NCBI RefSeq assembly: GCF_021028975.2
Contig: NC_059438.1
Coordinates: 1,984,001-2,048,000, forward strand
Source: Sphaerodactylus townsendi
Lineage: Eukaryota
Direction of reading: 5' to 3'
DNA length: 64,000 nt
The translations under genes and the position numbers were made by a program. The stretch's first letter is position 1, and every line of letters starts with the position of its first letter. Below are positions 36,357 through 48,544 of this stretch, piece after piece. The notes under the pieces are model-generated. The model was given only the letters and a program-made list of their open reading frames with translations, did not search any database and was not told the origin of the DNA.

Positions 36357-36989
36357 TCAATTCAGGACCTATGTTTGACAACAGTCTTTTAAAAATCCCC
36401 TTAAAGTATCTAAACAGTCTCTGAATTACCAAAAAAAATGTCTAGGGGTGTCTATGAATTAAGTATAGATCATCATCGCATAGTAACCTTTGATAGTTCT
36501 CATTAAAACTGCAACAGCAGAATCTGTTAAGTGTCTCTTGAGAGATATTATGTGTAAATGCAGAAATTAAAAAATGAATATTGAATGATCCTATTGAGAA
36601 ATTAAAGCCATTCAATTGTGTTAATGGCAGTAGAATATCAGATCTATGTTTTTTCATCTCTTTCCCTAGAAGGAAAATGCAAAATCAGAGAGTAATTTAC
36701 CACTTTCATGGAGTGAATCCAAGCCATACCAATTGTGCATACTGCTTCACATGCAAATTTACAATAGCCTCAACAATAGACACAAAGTCCTTGATATGAA
36801 TGGCTTTCGTTTTGCCTCATTCAGCTGATGTTGTAAAAGAGAAGCTGAACAAGCACAGCCTGGCATATTTGTAGGGTTTTTTTTTTTGCTCCCAATCTAA
36901 ATTTTTGTGTTTGGTAGCAGGAGGCATTCTATGCATTCATGATTCTGTGGCAAACATCACACATAAAGAGCCAGAATGTTTGACTGCAA

Positions 36990-37130
36990 GGCCCCTTCCG
37001 CACACGCAAAATAATGCATTTTCAAACCACTTTCACAACTGTTTGCAAGTGGATTTTGCTATTCTGCACAGCTTCAAAGAGCACTGAAAGCAGTTTGAAA
37101 GTGCATTATTCTGCATGTGCGGAATGAGCC
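36990..37130 (-). mobile_element. PIF/Harbinger-type MITE, family A (141 bp)
   Basis: ggccccttccgcacacgc...gcatgtgcggaatgagcc; flanks CAA/AAA. Confidence 0.88.
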
Positions 37131-37151
37131 AAAGATCTGGTTAGAGTGTTA

Positions 37152-37292
37152 GGCTGATTCCGCATGGGCCAAAAAACAGCAGTGTGAGAACGGTGTGAAA
37201 ATGGTGTAAAAGGGTTTAACATGGTGTAAAAGGGTTTATACTGTTTTCACATCATTTTCACACCGCTGTTTTTGGCCCATGCAGAATCAGCC
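37152..37292. mobile_element. PIF/Harbinger-type fold-back MITE, family B (141 bp), inserted in a SINE head
   Basis: ggctgattccgcatgggccaaaaaac / gtttttggcccatgcagaatcagcc; flanks TTA/TTT; the context tggttagagtgtt[..]tgactaggat...gaatccccac is a tRNA-like SINE head. Confidence 0.85.
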
Positions 37293-38732
37293 TTTGACTA
37301 GGATACGAGGATGCCAGTTTGAATCCCCACTGTGAGATAGAAGTGTGCAAAATAGATAGAAGTGTGCCAACCCCCCTCCCCCTAACTATACATTAAAATT
37401 GCTTTTTTCTGGTCATTACTATGGTTTCCCAGGATATTGGGAATCTAGAATTCTTTGTGAAATAAAACTACCCTTTCTCAAAAATCTCTGTGTGGGTGGG
37501 TGGGCGTGCTTTAAGTTTGGGTATTTACCAAACAAGCAGATGCATGTGCTCGAGCTCACTGTTGTTTGTTTGTTTGGATTCTGTTTGTTCTCCCAAGCAG
37601 TGGCATTCTTCCTACCAATCAAATCCTGGCATGGGAGGAATACAGTCTACTGCATCCCAAACAATCATCTCTTCAGACAAGCTGGACAGAAAGAATGTAG
37701 CTTGTTCTCATGTTGTTCTTTTATTCCACTGGTTTCCCTGGCAACAGTATCCTTCCTTCCATTCAGCTCCTGGGAAGGGAAGAACACAGTCTAATAATCA
37801 ATTAATACCGCCACTGATTCTCCATTGAAAAAAGCAATGTCTGCAGTGCATGTCCATGGAAACTCCCCTATTTATTTATAGTAAAATGGAATCCCTTTGT
37901 TGTATGTGCTTGAAATTTAAGAGGTCTTCATAGAGGGAGGACTGCATTCCGAGTGGATCATGTGGTGTTATCTTAAATGACTACTGCCTGAAACCCTCAA
38001 ATTGGCTGACCGATGAAAAGAATGACATCTAGAACCCAAAAACACAACATGGGTTTCCAACCCAAACCAGTAATGCCCTATCCAAAATGAAGTAATCATA
38101 AATTTTTAAAAAAACCCAAAGGCTGAATCCGAAACTAAAATATTTTTTTTGTTGGTACACACACACCTCTAGCGATGGAAGCTTGTTGAGTGACCTTGGA
38201 CTAGTCACTCCTTCTCAGTATAACCTCTTTCAATAAATTCTTCATTCAAGGAATTGTTATTTCTGACTCCTTCCCACCCTTTGTGGGTTGGAGATCCAGC
38301 TCAGATCAGGATAGATCCACCTTTCCGTTCATCCTGGATTTTGTGCCTAACAACTGTTGGAGTTATCTATTAGTATAGCAATGTCGTACAGGCAGGAGAA
38401 TGTGAGACAAAGCCCAGTAAACACACTTGGAACAAATACATTCAGGGAAAATGATATGAGATAGATTTATATCCATTTTGTAGTAAAAAGAAGGTACGAA
38501 CCTGAACTAAAGAATATTTTTCCTCATCACAAGTGACTATCTAATCCAGTTTCATGTGTGCAGATCTGGGCATGTTCCTGGCATGGCATATTAGAACAAA
38601 GCCACCAAGATATCAAGCCTGTTGCAAGACCATGAAGAGGCATATATTCAAAGGACAAAAGGCACAAGAAGAGAAGTCAGAGAGACACACTATTTGGGTT
38701 TAGTAACGGGCATGGTGAATCACCTTTACTCC

Positions 38733-38733
<1 letters not shown>

Positions 38734-38793
<60 letters not shown>
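38734..38793. repeat. (AGT)n microsatellite
   Basis: ~20 AGT units. Confidence 0.97.
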
Positions 38794-38794
<1 letters not shown>

Positions 38795-39045
38795 TGCCAA
38801 GGTCATTCAGCAGACTTCATGTGTAAGAATGGGGAAACAAATTCAGTTCACTGGACAAGAGTCCACCACTCATTTGGAAGACTGCAGATTCAAACTCAGT
38901 TCTCCCGATAAGAGCCCACTGCTCTTAACCACTGCACCACACTGACATAGTGTATCCAGTAGCTCAAGGTCATTCAGTGAGCTTCCATAGTAGAGTGGAG
39001 ATACAAAATGGGTCTCCCAGATACTAGTCCAACAGTCAAACCATT
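38795..39045 (-). mobile_element. Two adjacent SINE 5' halves (duplicated-B-box Squam3-like and MIR-like)
   Basis: ccaaggtcattcagcagacttcatgtg...gctcttaaccactgcaccacactg; then ctcaaggtcattcagtgagcttcc...gggtctcccagatactagtccaac. Confidence 0.65.
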
Positions 39046-40773
39046 ATATAAGGGATTAGCTGTATTCTCTTCACTGTCTCTCTGATAATCCAATTGATAG
39101 TGCCTGTAAACAGAACTGAGGAGAAAAGATCAAGTGACTGTCTTGAAAAGGTGAGGAGAATGGTAGAGTTACTCTGCTAATCTCTGCAAAGCACCAAGAC
39201 TAGACCTTAGGGTGAATTCAAATGCACAGTCCTTGACATGTGACTGTACCATTTCAGATTCATCTGGCGAGTCTTATGAAAACACTTGGGCATCCCTCAA
39301 AATTCCTCAGATAGCTTGTCTGAAGAGGAACCCATAACATTTTGCTTCACTTTCCCCCTTCAATGGCATTTCAGTTGAAGCTCTAATAATGCATGACTCT
39401 TTCACATCCCATCAGTGTATTAAATTAAAAAGAAATGGAGGAAGGCCAGGACATGAGAATAATTAACTAACTAGGATAACAACTTCACACCTATGGAAAA
39501 AAAATCCACCTTCTCCTTGACTGCATAAGATTGGTCTTTAGGAGTGTTGATACAAACTGTGTTTGAAATCCTTCAGCTTCTCATCCTATGGATTTGATTC
39601 TCAGCCTGCCAGGATAAAATAATTATGAAGAGATTTGTGTCAGCATTTCAGGATACTTCTCTGTGTTGAACTGGTTCCAGATGACTACCCAGTTATGAAT
39701 TCAGAAGTTGCAACTTCAATCCACTGTCAGGTATATACAGTACAGTGAATGGACAACTTGTCAGCATCCCAAAAACAAGAAGAATTTCTAAGCAAAAATG
39801 CCCTTTGTCTGGTCTGCCCAATGGTACATGTTTATATAAACACTATGAGACACAACAGAAAGATCTGACATGGACTGCAGAGCGACTGTTTCATCTGCAA
39901 AACGTTTCTAATCTGTAGCGGTTCTATTTGCATATTGATGAGTGTGAAGGCCAGATGTCACTAATTACAACTTACCCACTTGGTCCTAAATACCACAACG
40001 AGATGTGCGTGAGCAGACCTCTTAATTCCATTATGCAAATTCTGCTTAAGAAGTACAGACATTCCAAAGAGTGGTATCCCATGGCAGTGCATTGGCAGGA
40101 GGTAAATTAATAAATATATTCAGGGAAAGGACATTTAAAAATTATTATTATTCAACACCAGATTAATCATGCCTGAATAAATATGGAAGGCATCCAAATG
40201 TCTTCATGGTGTCATATGTAATAGCATTAGAATTTCCAGTAACTTGAGAAAGTATGTTATTGAGTATTTCCAGAAATAATCAATCAGATAGTTAAACTGA
40301 TGTGGAGTCTTTGAATATTAATTTCATGAAACTTTCACTGTAAGTGGACCCCTACACAAATGCTAATACCGTCATCTTAGCTGGTATACGCTGGCACTTA
40401 GCCAGTAAACCCAACTGATGTATTTTTAAAAAATACATTTACTTTTAAATATAACTTTACGTAGTTACTCTAAATAAATTTTGAATGACTCAAGCAGTTA
40501 CTTGATAAAACAAGTCCATAGTAATTTCAGATTTGACTCACAAGGAATTACTGAATACTGATTGAGAATTAATTATTCCATTGAACTATTCCAGTGGTCA
40601 GTAATGATCCAAAAGTGTTTAGAGGACCTTGTGTTGATACAGAGAACCATTGGTGGATCATTATCTGAGGCACTGTGAACTTGCAAGTACTTTGCAATGC
40701 AGATAAGCTCCTTACATTTTCAAAATTAATAAATCAAGAAATTAACACCATAAAGAGAATCTGTGCACACAAA

Positions 40774-40841
40774 GGCCGCTTCCGCACGGCCGTATATGAC
40801 GCCGACACACACCCCGGGACCGTTCGCATGGTCATATGGCC
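40774..40841 (+). mobile_element. Short remnant of a PIF/Harbinger-type MITE
   Basis: ggccgcttccgcacggcc...ccgttcgcatgg matches the family C/D left end. Confidence 0.5.
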
Positions 40842-41426
40842 AGGGGCATCAAAAGCTGGAGGTGGTCTGGGGCCCTCTGGATCTCTGAGAGAACCTATGT
40901 GATTGATGCCTATGCATCATCTTCAGTATACATGACTGTTTCACAGCTCAAGGATGTGCTGAGCATAGCTAGTATCTGGCTACTAACAATAAACAGGAAA
41001 GCCAGAGACAGGCTAAATTGACATAATGTGTCATGTAAAATAAGGGTGGTAGAAGTCATTCCATATTCTTTAATTCAATGAATGCCTTTGAATAAGATTC
41101 TTAGGGTTTAGAAACTGAGCTGCTCAGCCAAATCATTTTCCTGACCTTGCCAAAAAGAGAGCTCAGGAAAAAAGCCAGCCCCATCTGGACCTTCCATATG
41201 CTACAGACAGTGAATAATAATTTTTTTAGCCTCTTATAGGCATCCAAGAATGTTATCCCTGAGACGCAAAGATATGAAAAAGTCCAGCTCACTAGGACTA
41301 TATTAAGAAACAGGAGTTGATTGATCCTAAGTAATGCAAAGGCTATTTGTTTGTTTGTTTTTATTCTATCCTTTTCATATCGTTTATGGAGGATGGGTTT
41401 ATTAGCATCAGGGGGATTGGATCAAA

Positions 41427-41553
41427 GGCAGATTCCACATGGGCCAAAACCAGTGGTGTAAAAACAGTGTAAACCCTTTTACACTGTTTTAACCATTTTT
41501 CTTGGTTTCACTCCATTTTCACACTGCTGTTTTTGGCCCATGCAGAATTTGCC
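41427..41553. mobile_element. PIF/Harbinger-type fold-back MITE, family B (older, 127 bp)
   Basis: ggcagattccacatgggccaaaac / gtttttggcccatgcagaatttgcc; TSD not preserved. Confidence 0.75.
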
Positions 41554-41612
41554 TAGGTGATTGAGATGCATTCCTGCCTCATTCTAACTGTATATGCAAC
41601 CAGCCTGCTATA

Positions 41613-41978
41613 TGTTACCACTGGGCCATTCTTTCCTTGAAATTTACTTTATAGCTTCACACACTTTGTAGATAGCTAGGCTTTCCCCTGACATCCTGAC
41701 CCCATGAGAAACGGAATCATATCCGGTATCTTGTAGGGACAGGAAGCCAGGTGGCTTACTATCTGCCGATAACCTTGGGACGCCTCAGCTCTGGGGACTG
41801 TTTTTCACAATTTCTGGGGAATTTGGGAGGGAGGACTTGCAGAGGATAAATGGGGGTGGCAAAAGCCAGGTTTGTCAGAACTGGCTTTGCCAAGCTTTGG
41901 TGCTCTGACACTTCTCAATAAATGCTACTGATCAACTATGGAGAGTCTGTTTATTGGCTTAAGGTCTGAGACCTAACA
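41613..41978 (+). mobile_element. Probable solo LTR
   Basis: tgtta...taaca termini, ggataaat TATA-like motif, aataaa (~41917) followed by gtctgtttattgg; TSD imperfect (tata/atta). Confidence 0.45.
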
Positions 41979-42264
41979 ATTAGTGGCTCATAACCATGAT
42001 GACTAAATGCACCCTCCATATTCAGAGGCATTGTAACTCAAAATATCCATTACTGGAAGGGACTATAAGGATTTATTTAATTCCAAGCTTCAGGACTTCT
42101 CTGAAGCATCTTTTTGTCCACTGGAGGTAGCAGGTTGGGGGACTGGAAAGCCCACTGGTCTGATCCAGCAGGCAATTCTAATGTATCTTGCCCTCTCACC
42201 AAAGAACTTGGATGTGTCATTATGATGCAAAAACCCAGCCAGACAGTCAAGAGAGAACCATCTG

Positions 42265-42466
42265 GGTGCTGTGTGGTTTCCGGGCTGTATGGCCGTGTTC
42301 TAGCAGCATTCTCTCCTGACGTTTCGCCTGCATCTGTGGCTGGCATCTGCAGAGGATGCCAGCCACAGATGCTGGCAGCATCAGGAGAGAATGCTAAATG
42401 CTACTAACCATACAACTGTCCCAACTCGAAATACAACAATCGGGCCGTGAAAGCCTTCAACAATAC
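42265..42466. mobile_element. Penelope-like insertion: inverted pLTR pair with 13-bp TSD
   Basis: Inverted copy (gcattctctcctgacgtttcgcctgcatctgtggctggcatc) joined to a forward copy (gatgccagccacagatgc...ggccgtgaaagccttcaacaatac); TSD agagaaccatctg at 42252-42264 and 42467-42479. Confidence 0.85.
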
Positions 42467-43648
42467 AGAGAACCATCTGTTTGCAGATGAAGAGAAATCT
42501 CAGATTTCAAAAATTTAAAATAGCTGATGCATTTGTTTAATTCACAAATTTATACTCCCCTTTTCTGCCGTCATCCACCAAGGTGGTTTTCCAATTTAAA
42601 AATATAATAAAAAACATATCTTAAACACCATTAAAACAATTTAACAACTGGCTGTTATGCCACATTCACCATATGTGTGGGGCATTAAGACTGGAGTTAA
42701 CCCTCTTAATTTTGGAGAGGGTGAGTTATTACTGACTGAATACTGCCATTAAAAAAAAAATCTACCATAGTCTTCCATTTTAAAAGCATAGTCAGAAGCA
42801 TATTTTAGATTAATTTAAAAGCCTGTAATGGGTTTACGTTAATTTATGGAATGTAGCAGTTTACACTATTGCTCCGGGCAGAGTTCACGAGGAATAATTG
42901 AATATAAGCAGAAATTAATTCAAATATGAAAACATAAAAATGCAATTATTCCAATCTAATGGATAACAGAAAACTGAATCAAGGATTATTGTTTATAGTA
43001 CAGGGATCCAAGTTTATATGGAGGTATCTGGTGTCTGTAATGATCCCCACTATAAATCCTTGTGGAGTCTCAGACCTGTGATGAGTTAGTAATTTAGCTT
43101 TCCTGTATCTCCAAACCTCTAATTGCATTAATTGAAAGATCCCTGCCTTGATCTTAAAACAGCTCTTCTGTTATTATAGGAGAACTTACTATTTAGGAGT
43201 TTTTAAGATCCTCAGTACCTAGGGACGTGAGCAATGTAATCCTAACTAGTTATCCTTTTAGAACCCTTCAATCGACACAAAAGGTGTATAACCTTCTTCG
43301 GCTTCACTGGCTTGAAATTACCATCACCTCCCATTCACTTTTAACTGAGAAATGATAGCCTTATAGTGAAGTTCCCAATTTTTTTAAAAAACATAATTTT
43401 TGTGTTTTAAAGCTCCGCAGAATTTTAACCATGTGCACGAAGTAGTAAGTAGCATTGCGTTTGGGGGCATTTCTACAGAGTTTTAATACTGTTGGTGCAC
43501 ACAGATAGGTCAAGTACAGCTAAACTCTTTTTAATTTCTTGTATTATTTTCCAAAGTATGTTAAACAGAACAGGAAAACAGAGGCAATATTAGAAAATAG
43601 TTAAGAATAAAGCACAGAAATATCTACCCACAATTATATTACATAGTG

Positions 43649-43777
43649 CAGGGGTAGGGAACCTGCGGCTCTCCAGATGTTCAGGAACTACAATTCCCAT
43701 CAGCCCCTACCAGCATGGCCAATTGGCCATGCTGACAGAAAGGAAGTGGAAATTGTAGTTCCTAATTCGGAATCTAT
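43649..43777. mobile_element. hAT (Charlie-like) fold-back MITE, right arm corrupted
   Basis: caggggtagggaacctgcggctctccagatgttcaggaactacaattcccatcagccc...cagcatggccaattggccatgctg...aattgtagttcct; flanks acatagtg / ttatagtg. Confidence 0.7.
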
Positions 43778-43839
43778 TTATAGTGTGAATCCCCAATATG
43801 ACATTTTCAAGTTACTAGAGAGACCGTTACAAAATCTTA

Positions 43840-43980
43840 GAATCATTCCTTTTATACAGAATAATGCCGCTTTCAAGCTACTTTCAGTGCTCTTTCAAGC
43901 CCAATGTGAATGGCAAATCTACCACCAAACAGTTGCGAAAGTGGTTTAAGCCTTATTATTTTCGCGTGTCGGAAGGGGCC
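43840..43980 (+). mobile_element. PIF/Harbinger-type MITE, family A (141 bp), noisy copy
   Basis: Aligns along its length to 26054-26194; ends ggaaggggcc; TSD TTA/TTA. Confidence 0.75.
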
Positions 43981-44524
43981 TTAGAATCTTATTTATTCAG
44001 CAACTTCAAAACATTTTAAGTAATCCCATTATTATATCTTAGCCATTATCAATTTTCAATCCTCAAGTTATGTTTTTACATGGTCAGATCAGATTCATAT
44101 CAAAAGTAAAGACCCCAGTTCTCACTGAATTCATGTTTTTGAACATCGATTTGTCTTAAGAAACTGAATGAACTGTGCTGGCATTTATTAACTGCAGCAA
44201 GAGGAACAATTGCAACAAGTTGGGAATCTGTTAAAAGTCTTTCAGTAAAATGTTGGGAAGTAAAAATTAGAAAATATGTTATTATGGCTGAATAAACTAA
44301 TTTTGTAAGTATAGCTAAACTCTTTGATTTCAGTGGCTAAGTTTGCACATAATATTTAGCTCTTTTCAAATGTTAGGTTAAGTAGATCCAGTGGCAGATA
44401 CTGTGAGCATGTGCAATCCACAATACTCTCAATATGTACCATCAGAATTTTGTCTAAATAGGAAAACCCACGTATCTATATTTTTCAGGTAGTAGGCTTG
44501 ATTAATGTACTGAAAAAGAAATAT

Positions 44525-44652
44525 GTATTGTCCATGGTATTCATGTTCAAAATCAACTGACTGTTTTGGGTCTGGTAGTTTTTGCTCCTAATGTTTCACC
44601 TGCATCTATGGCTGGCATCTTCAGAGGTTTGTCACGGTAAGATGTGTTTCTC
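44525..44652 (-). mobile_element. Penelope-like pLTR remnant with hammerhead motif (44587-44627)
   Basis: Reverse complement cct-ctgaaga-tgccagccatagatgcaggt-gaaac-att-aggagcaaaaactaccagac. Confidence 0.75.
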
Positions 44653-44850
44653 TTCACCAAGAAGGAAAAAAAAATGAAAGCTGGAGTGGTATTTTTCTGT
44701 TGGTTGAAATATAGAAATTCACACATGTCAACATCCATTGTCAGATAAATGAGTTACTGCTGAAATATCAAAAAAAGGAATCTGATGTTTATCTAGAAAT
44801 AAACAATTAACCATGCATCTACTGCCTAATCTTATGGTCATTCTATAGAG

Positions 44851-45035
44851 TCTGTGACCCCTGAACAGAGAACATTGGGAAAGGGTTCTGGGTTCAATCC
44901 AATTAAAAGGATCTCCAATTAAAAGGATCAAGTGTGGTGTGACTGGAAAGCCCCTTCCTGAAATCCCAGAGAGCCACTGCCAGTCCAAGGAAATAGTACT
45001 GATCTTTGTAGACAAATGGTCTAAGACTTATGTGT
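44851..45035 (+). mobile_element. tRNA-derived SINE (Squam2-like)
   Basis: gggttcaatcc...ttaaaaggatc...cctgaaatcccagagagccactgccagtc...tactgatctttgtagacaaatggtct. Confidence 0.6.
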
Positions 45036-45153
45036 GTAAGTCACATGTGACTGACCATCAAGAACCTGATGTGTCTCCTGAGACATGGGCTGTGCTTGGC
45101 TTAATCAGAGCTGCATGGTTCTGATGGTTCTAAATGGCCAAAGTGCTCTGGAA

Positions 45154-45340
45154 CAGTGGTTCTCAACCTTCCTAATGCCGCCACCCTTTAATACAGTTCC
45201 TCATGTTGTGGTGACCCCCAACCCTAACATTTAATCCATTTTACAGATGTAGTACACTGATGCAAAGAGTCTTAGGCGACCCCTGTGAAAGGGCCGTTCG
45301 ACCCCTACAGGGGTCGCGACCCACAGGTTGAGAACCACTG
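45154..45340 (-). mobile_element. SPIN (Space Invaders, hAT) non-autonomous element, 187 bp
   Basis: 16-bp TIRs cagtggttctcaacct / aggttgagaaccactg; SPIN/URR1-type subterminal sequences (cctcatgttgtggtgacccccaacc; tcttaggcgacccctgtgaaaggg...ggggtcgcgacccac); 8-bp TSD ctctggaa / ctctagaa. Confidence 0.92.
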
Positions 45341-45714
45341 CTCTAGAATCTGGGCAAGGTGCCATTGGAAGCTATTAGCAACACTGCTTTTTTAAAAACA
45401 TTATTGGCAAAATAAAAAAAATTAAAAAGGAAGAAAAAATTGAAAAATGGAAAATAAGTAGATATTAAAATCTTAATCAAACTGCTATTAATTAGTACAC
45501 TGAATAAAAACAACCTGGATATTTAATCATTTAAAAGATCTAATTAATTTTCTCAGTTATTATTTTTTTTAAGCTGATAGACAAATCAATATATTATATA
45601 CACATATTACACTATATTAAGAGGTCCTTACTGCAATCAAGATATTAAAATAGCATATATACTTAAAATTATATATATAAAGGTATGCAATATTTTAGAT
45701 ACATAAACTGTAAC

Positions 45715-48544
45715 AACATCATCTCCTTAGTAAACTCTGGCCCCACTCATGAGGCTGGTCACACGCTGGATTTGGTCTTCGGTTCAGGGATTGACTTGGT
45801 CGTATCCTCTATAGATAGAGTGCCATGGGTCCGACCATTTTGCCCTGAAGGAGTTCGGATGGACCTGCGGCGCCAACCCTGTCCTAGGCTGACGGGCTGA
45901 TTTATGCCAGCCAGCGAGGAGACTTATGGATCAATTGGTTTCCTGAATGCTCCTGCGGGATCCTGAACCTGCCCGGTACACTCACGATGAGCAGGTGGAG
46001 GATTGGAATTCCGGCTCTCGATGCCATCGAGGTTGTTGCCCCAGTCCTCTCGCCCCGTTCTGGCCCGAGGCCCATGGTGGTATACTGTGGAGCTCGCATG
46101 CATATGAAGCGGGGGCCTCAGAGCGTCTGGAAGCTGGCGTGGAGAAATCTTGGTCGTGGTGAAGTGGGCGGGAACATCTTATAGGAGGCGGACGTTTATG
46201 AAGGCCTATGAGATGGCTGTGGCGAAGGAGAGGGCTTTCTTCTCCTCCTCTCATAGCATCCGCTAAGTTCTCGCTCAGGCACAATTGTTTAGAGTGTAGA
46301 TTAGGTCTTTTGACCTCCTTTTGGTCGTGGAGGAGTTCTATAAATTCTCAATTGACCTTCATTAGCTGTAGAGGCATTCATGAGCTTTTTTTAGCGGATA
46401 AAAATCACATCAATTCGCCCAGGACCTTTACCACACTTTGTCTACAATTAGTGAACTGGAGGCTCCCTTGCCGCTCTTCAGAGTCCCATGTTTTGCCCAG
46501 TTTCCCTGCTCTCCGAGAAGCGGCTGTTGACAGGGTCCTTGAAAGCTGCAGTTAGAGCCTTACTACCTGTCCTCTGGATCCGTGCCCTCACTGGCTTGTT
46601 AAGCTTTGCTTGCCAGGAGGAGCTTTCACGCACTCGACCTGTTGAAGATTATCAATGGCTCCCCTTCCAGGCAAAGGAGCCTTCGGGTCAGTGGAGTTGA
46701 AGGAGGCAGTGGTCCGCCCACTCTTGAAAAGACCATCACACTGTAGATCCTGGCGATCTGGCCAATTACACGCCCGTCTTCGAATCTTCTTTCATTTCTG
46801 GGGAAGGTAATTGAGAGAGTGGTGTTAAGGAGCAGCTTCAGGGTTTCCTGGATGGCGCGCCGGCGTTCGGGATCCCTTCCAGTCTGGCTTCCGTGGCTGG
46901 GCATGGGGACGGAGACTGTCATAAATTAAGCCGGAATCAAGCAGATCACGGCTCCATTAAGTGCAGCTTGACCCGAGCCGGATCCGGCTGTTGGTATTGT
47001 TGTTAGATCTGACCGCCCGCTGGCGCTTTGATATGGTCGACTACCGCGATCTTTTTGGCCTCCACCGCCTGGCAGCCTTCGGGGAGTGGGGCACTGTCCT
47101 TCGAAGCGGATTGCCTTCGTTCCTCCGGAAGGATCCGAATCAGCAGAAAAGTGTGGTGTGGGGACCAAGCTACTCGAGCGGTCGCCCACTTCATTAGTAA
47201 ATTACCTCAGGAGCCGCTATTGTCCCCGCTTGTTATTTAATCATCTACATCGACCCCTCTTACGCTCCAGCTTGGTCACGGAGCTTTGGGCTGATGATCT
47301 GTCATCAGTAATGCAGCTGGTAAACACTCAGCCTCATTTCCTTGCTTATTTGATGGAGATGGTCGCCATCGCCCCTGCAGCTCTCCCAGCACTGTTTGGG
47401 AGGCAGTTGCTGGTTAGGTTGCAACAGCAAGAGCAGGTTAAAACTCAATCCATTCCGAAGGCGGAGAATCCTTCTGTAAGCCTTGGTCGGGTAGGGGAGA
47501 ATTTCCAGCCGCCCGGTGTGGGAGGGAGGGGGCCCCTGGCCATGCCCGGCCCCTCAGTCCACGTTCTAACCTGGGGTCCACCGCACGGATTCGATCTCTT
47601 TCAATGAGAGACCCAGGTGAAGCCTCATATAACGAGGAGTTGCAAGCGCGTTTTCGGCTATCTTCGACAGGCCGGCTGGCTCCAGCTTCCTCTCCCACGC
47701 CAGACCACTGGCCACGGTGATCCATGCAACGGTCACCTCCAGAGTTGGACTATTGTAACTTCGCTTCTACGCATGGGCCTTCTGCCTTGAGGGTGATCCG
47801 GAAGTTACAACTGGTCCAGAATGCAGCGAAACCCGTTTGCTCCGCGGGGGAGGCACCGTATTGACCATATTAGGTCAATACTGTGTACGCTTGCACTGGC
47901 TCCCCGGGTTGAATTCGGATTGTCTTCAAGGTATGGGTGCTTACGCTTTAAGGCCTTCGCGGCCTGGGACCCTCATACCTCGGGGACGCATTACTCCCAT
48001 ATGTCCCTACCCCAGGCCTCTGCGCGCTCAGCAGGAAGCCCAGTGCTGGTAGTCCCTGGCTCCCTCACATGATAAATTTTAGCCTCCACCTCGGGCTACA
48101 CCAAGGACTTTTTTACAGCCCTTGGCCCCTGCCTGCAATTGGAACACTCTTCCTCCAGTGCTGTCCGGGCCCTCGCGGGACCATGGTGAGTTCGCGGTGG
48201 CCTGCAAGAGGCGAGGATTGTTCCACCGGGCCTTTGGAGAGATGTCCAGCTCGTTGACTGTGCCCCTTCCACCCTCCTATGTTTGGGCCTATTACTATCT
48301 ATGACTTGTTATGCTTTCCTCCCTCCTGGGAGGAGTCTAATAGGAATTCGCGGCATTGCTTATTGCTTTATTGTTGTGTTTATTATTTTGCTGCATTTTA
48401 AATCTAATTTAAATTATTGTACAGTCTATATGTATGCATTTGAAATTTTATGTTGTTAACTTAGCCCAGAGCCGCCGACGCTTTTAGGTGAAGCGGTATA
48501 TAGACCGATGCTTGATAAATAAATAAATAAATAAATAAATAAAT
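45715..48544 (+). mobile_element. L2-clade LINE, 5'-truncated ORF2 (endonuclease C-terminus + reverse transcriptase), heavily frameshifted, (AAAT)n tail
   Basis: Motifs in order, several disrupted by indels: GPTHEAGHTLDLVF (45738-), SDHF, NYRPVSNL-like/FLGKVIERVV (~46765-46825), FQSGFR, GTET, LLDLTA/FDMVD (~47000-47045), corrupted YADD (~47305), LDYCN (~47746), KLQLVQNAA, LHWLP (~47891); (aaat)n 48516-48544. Confidence 0.9.
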
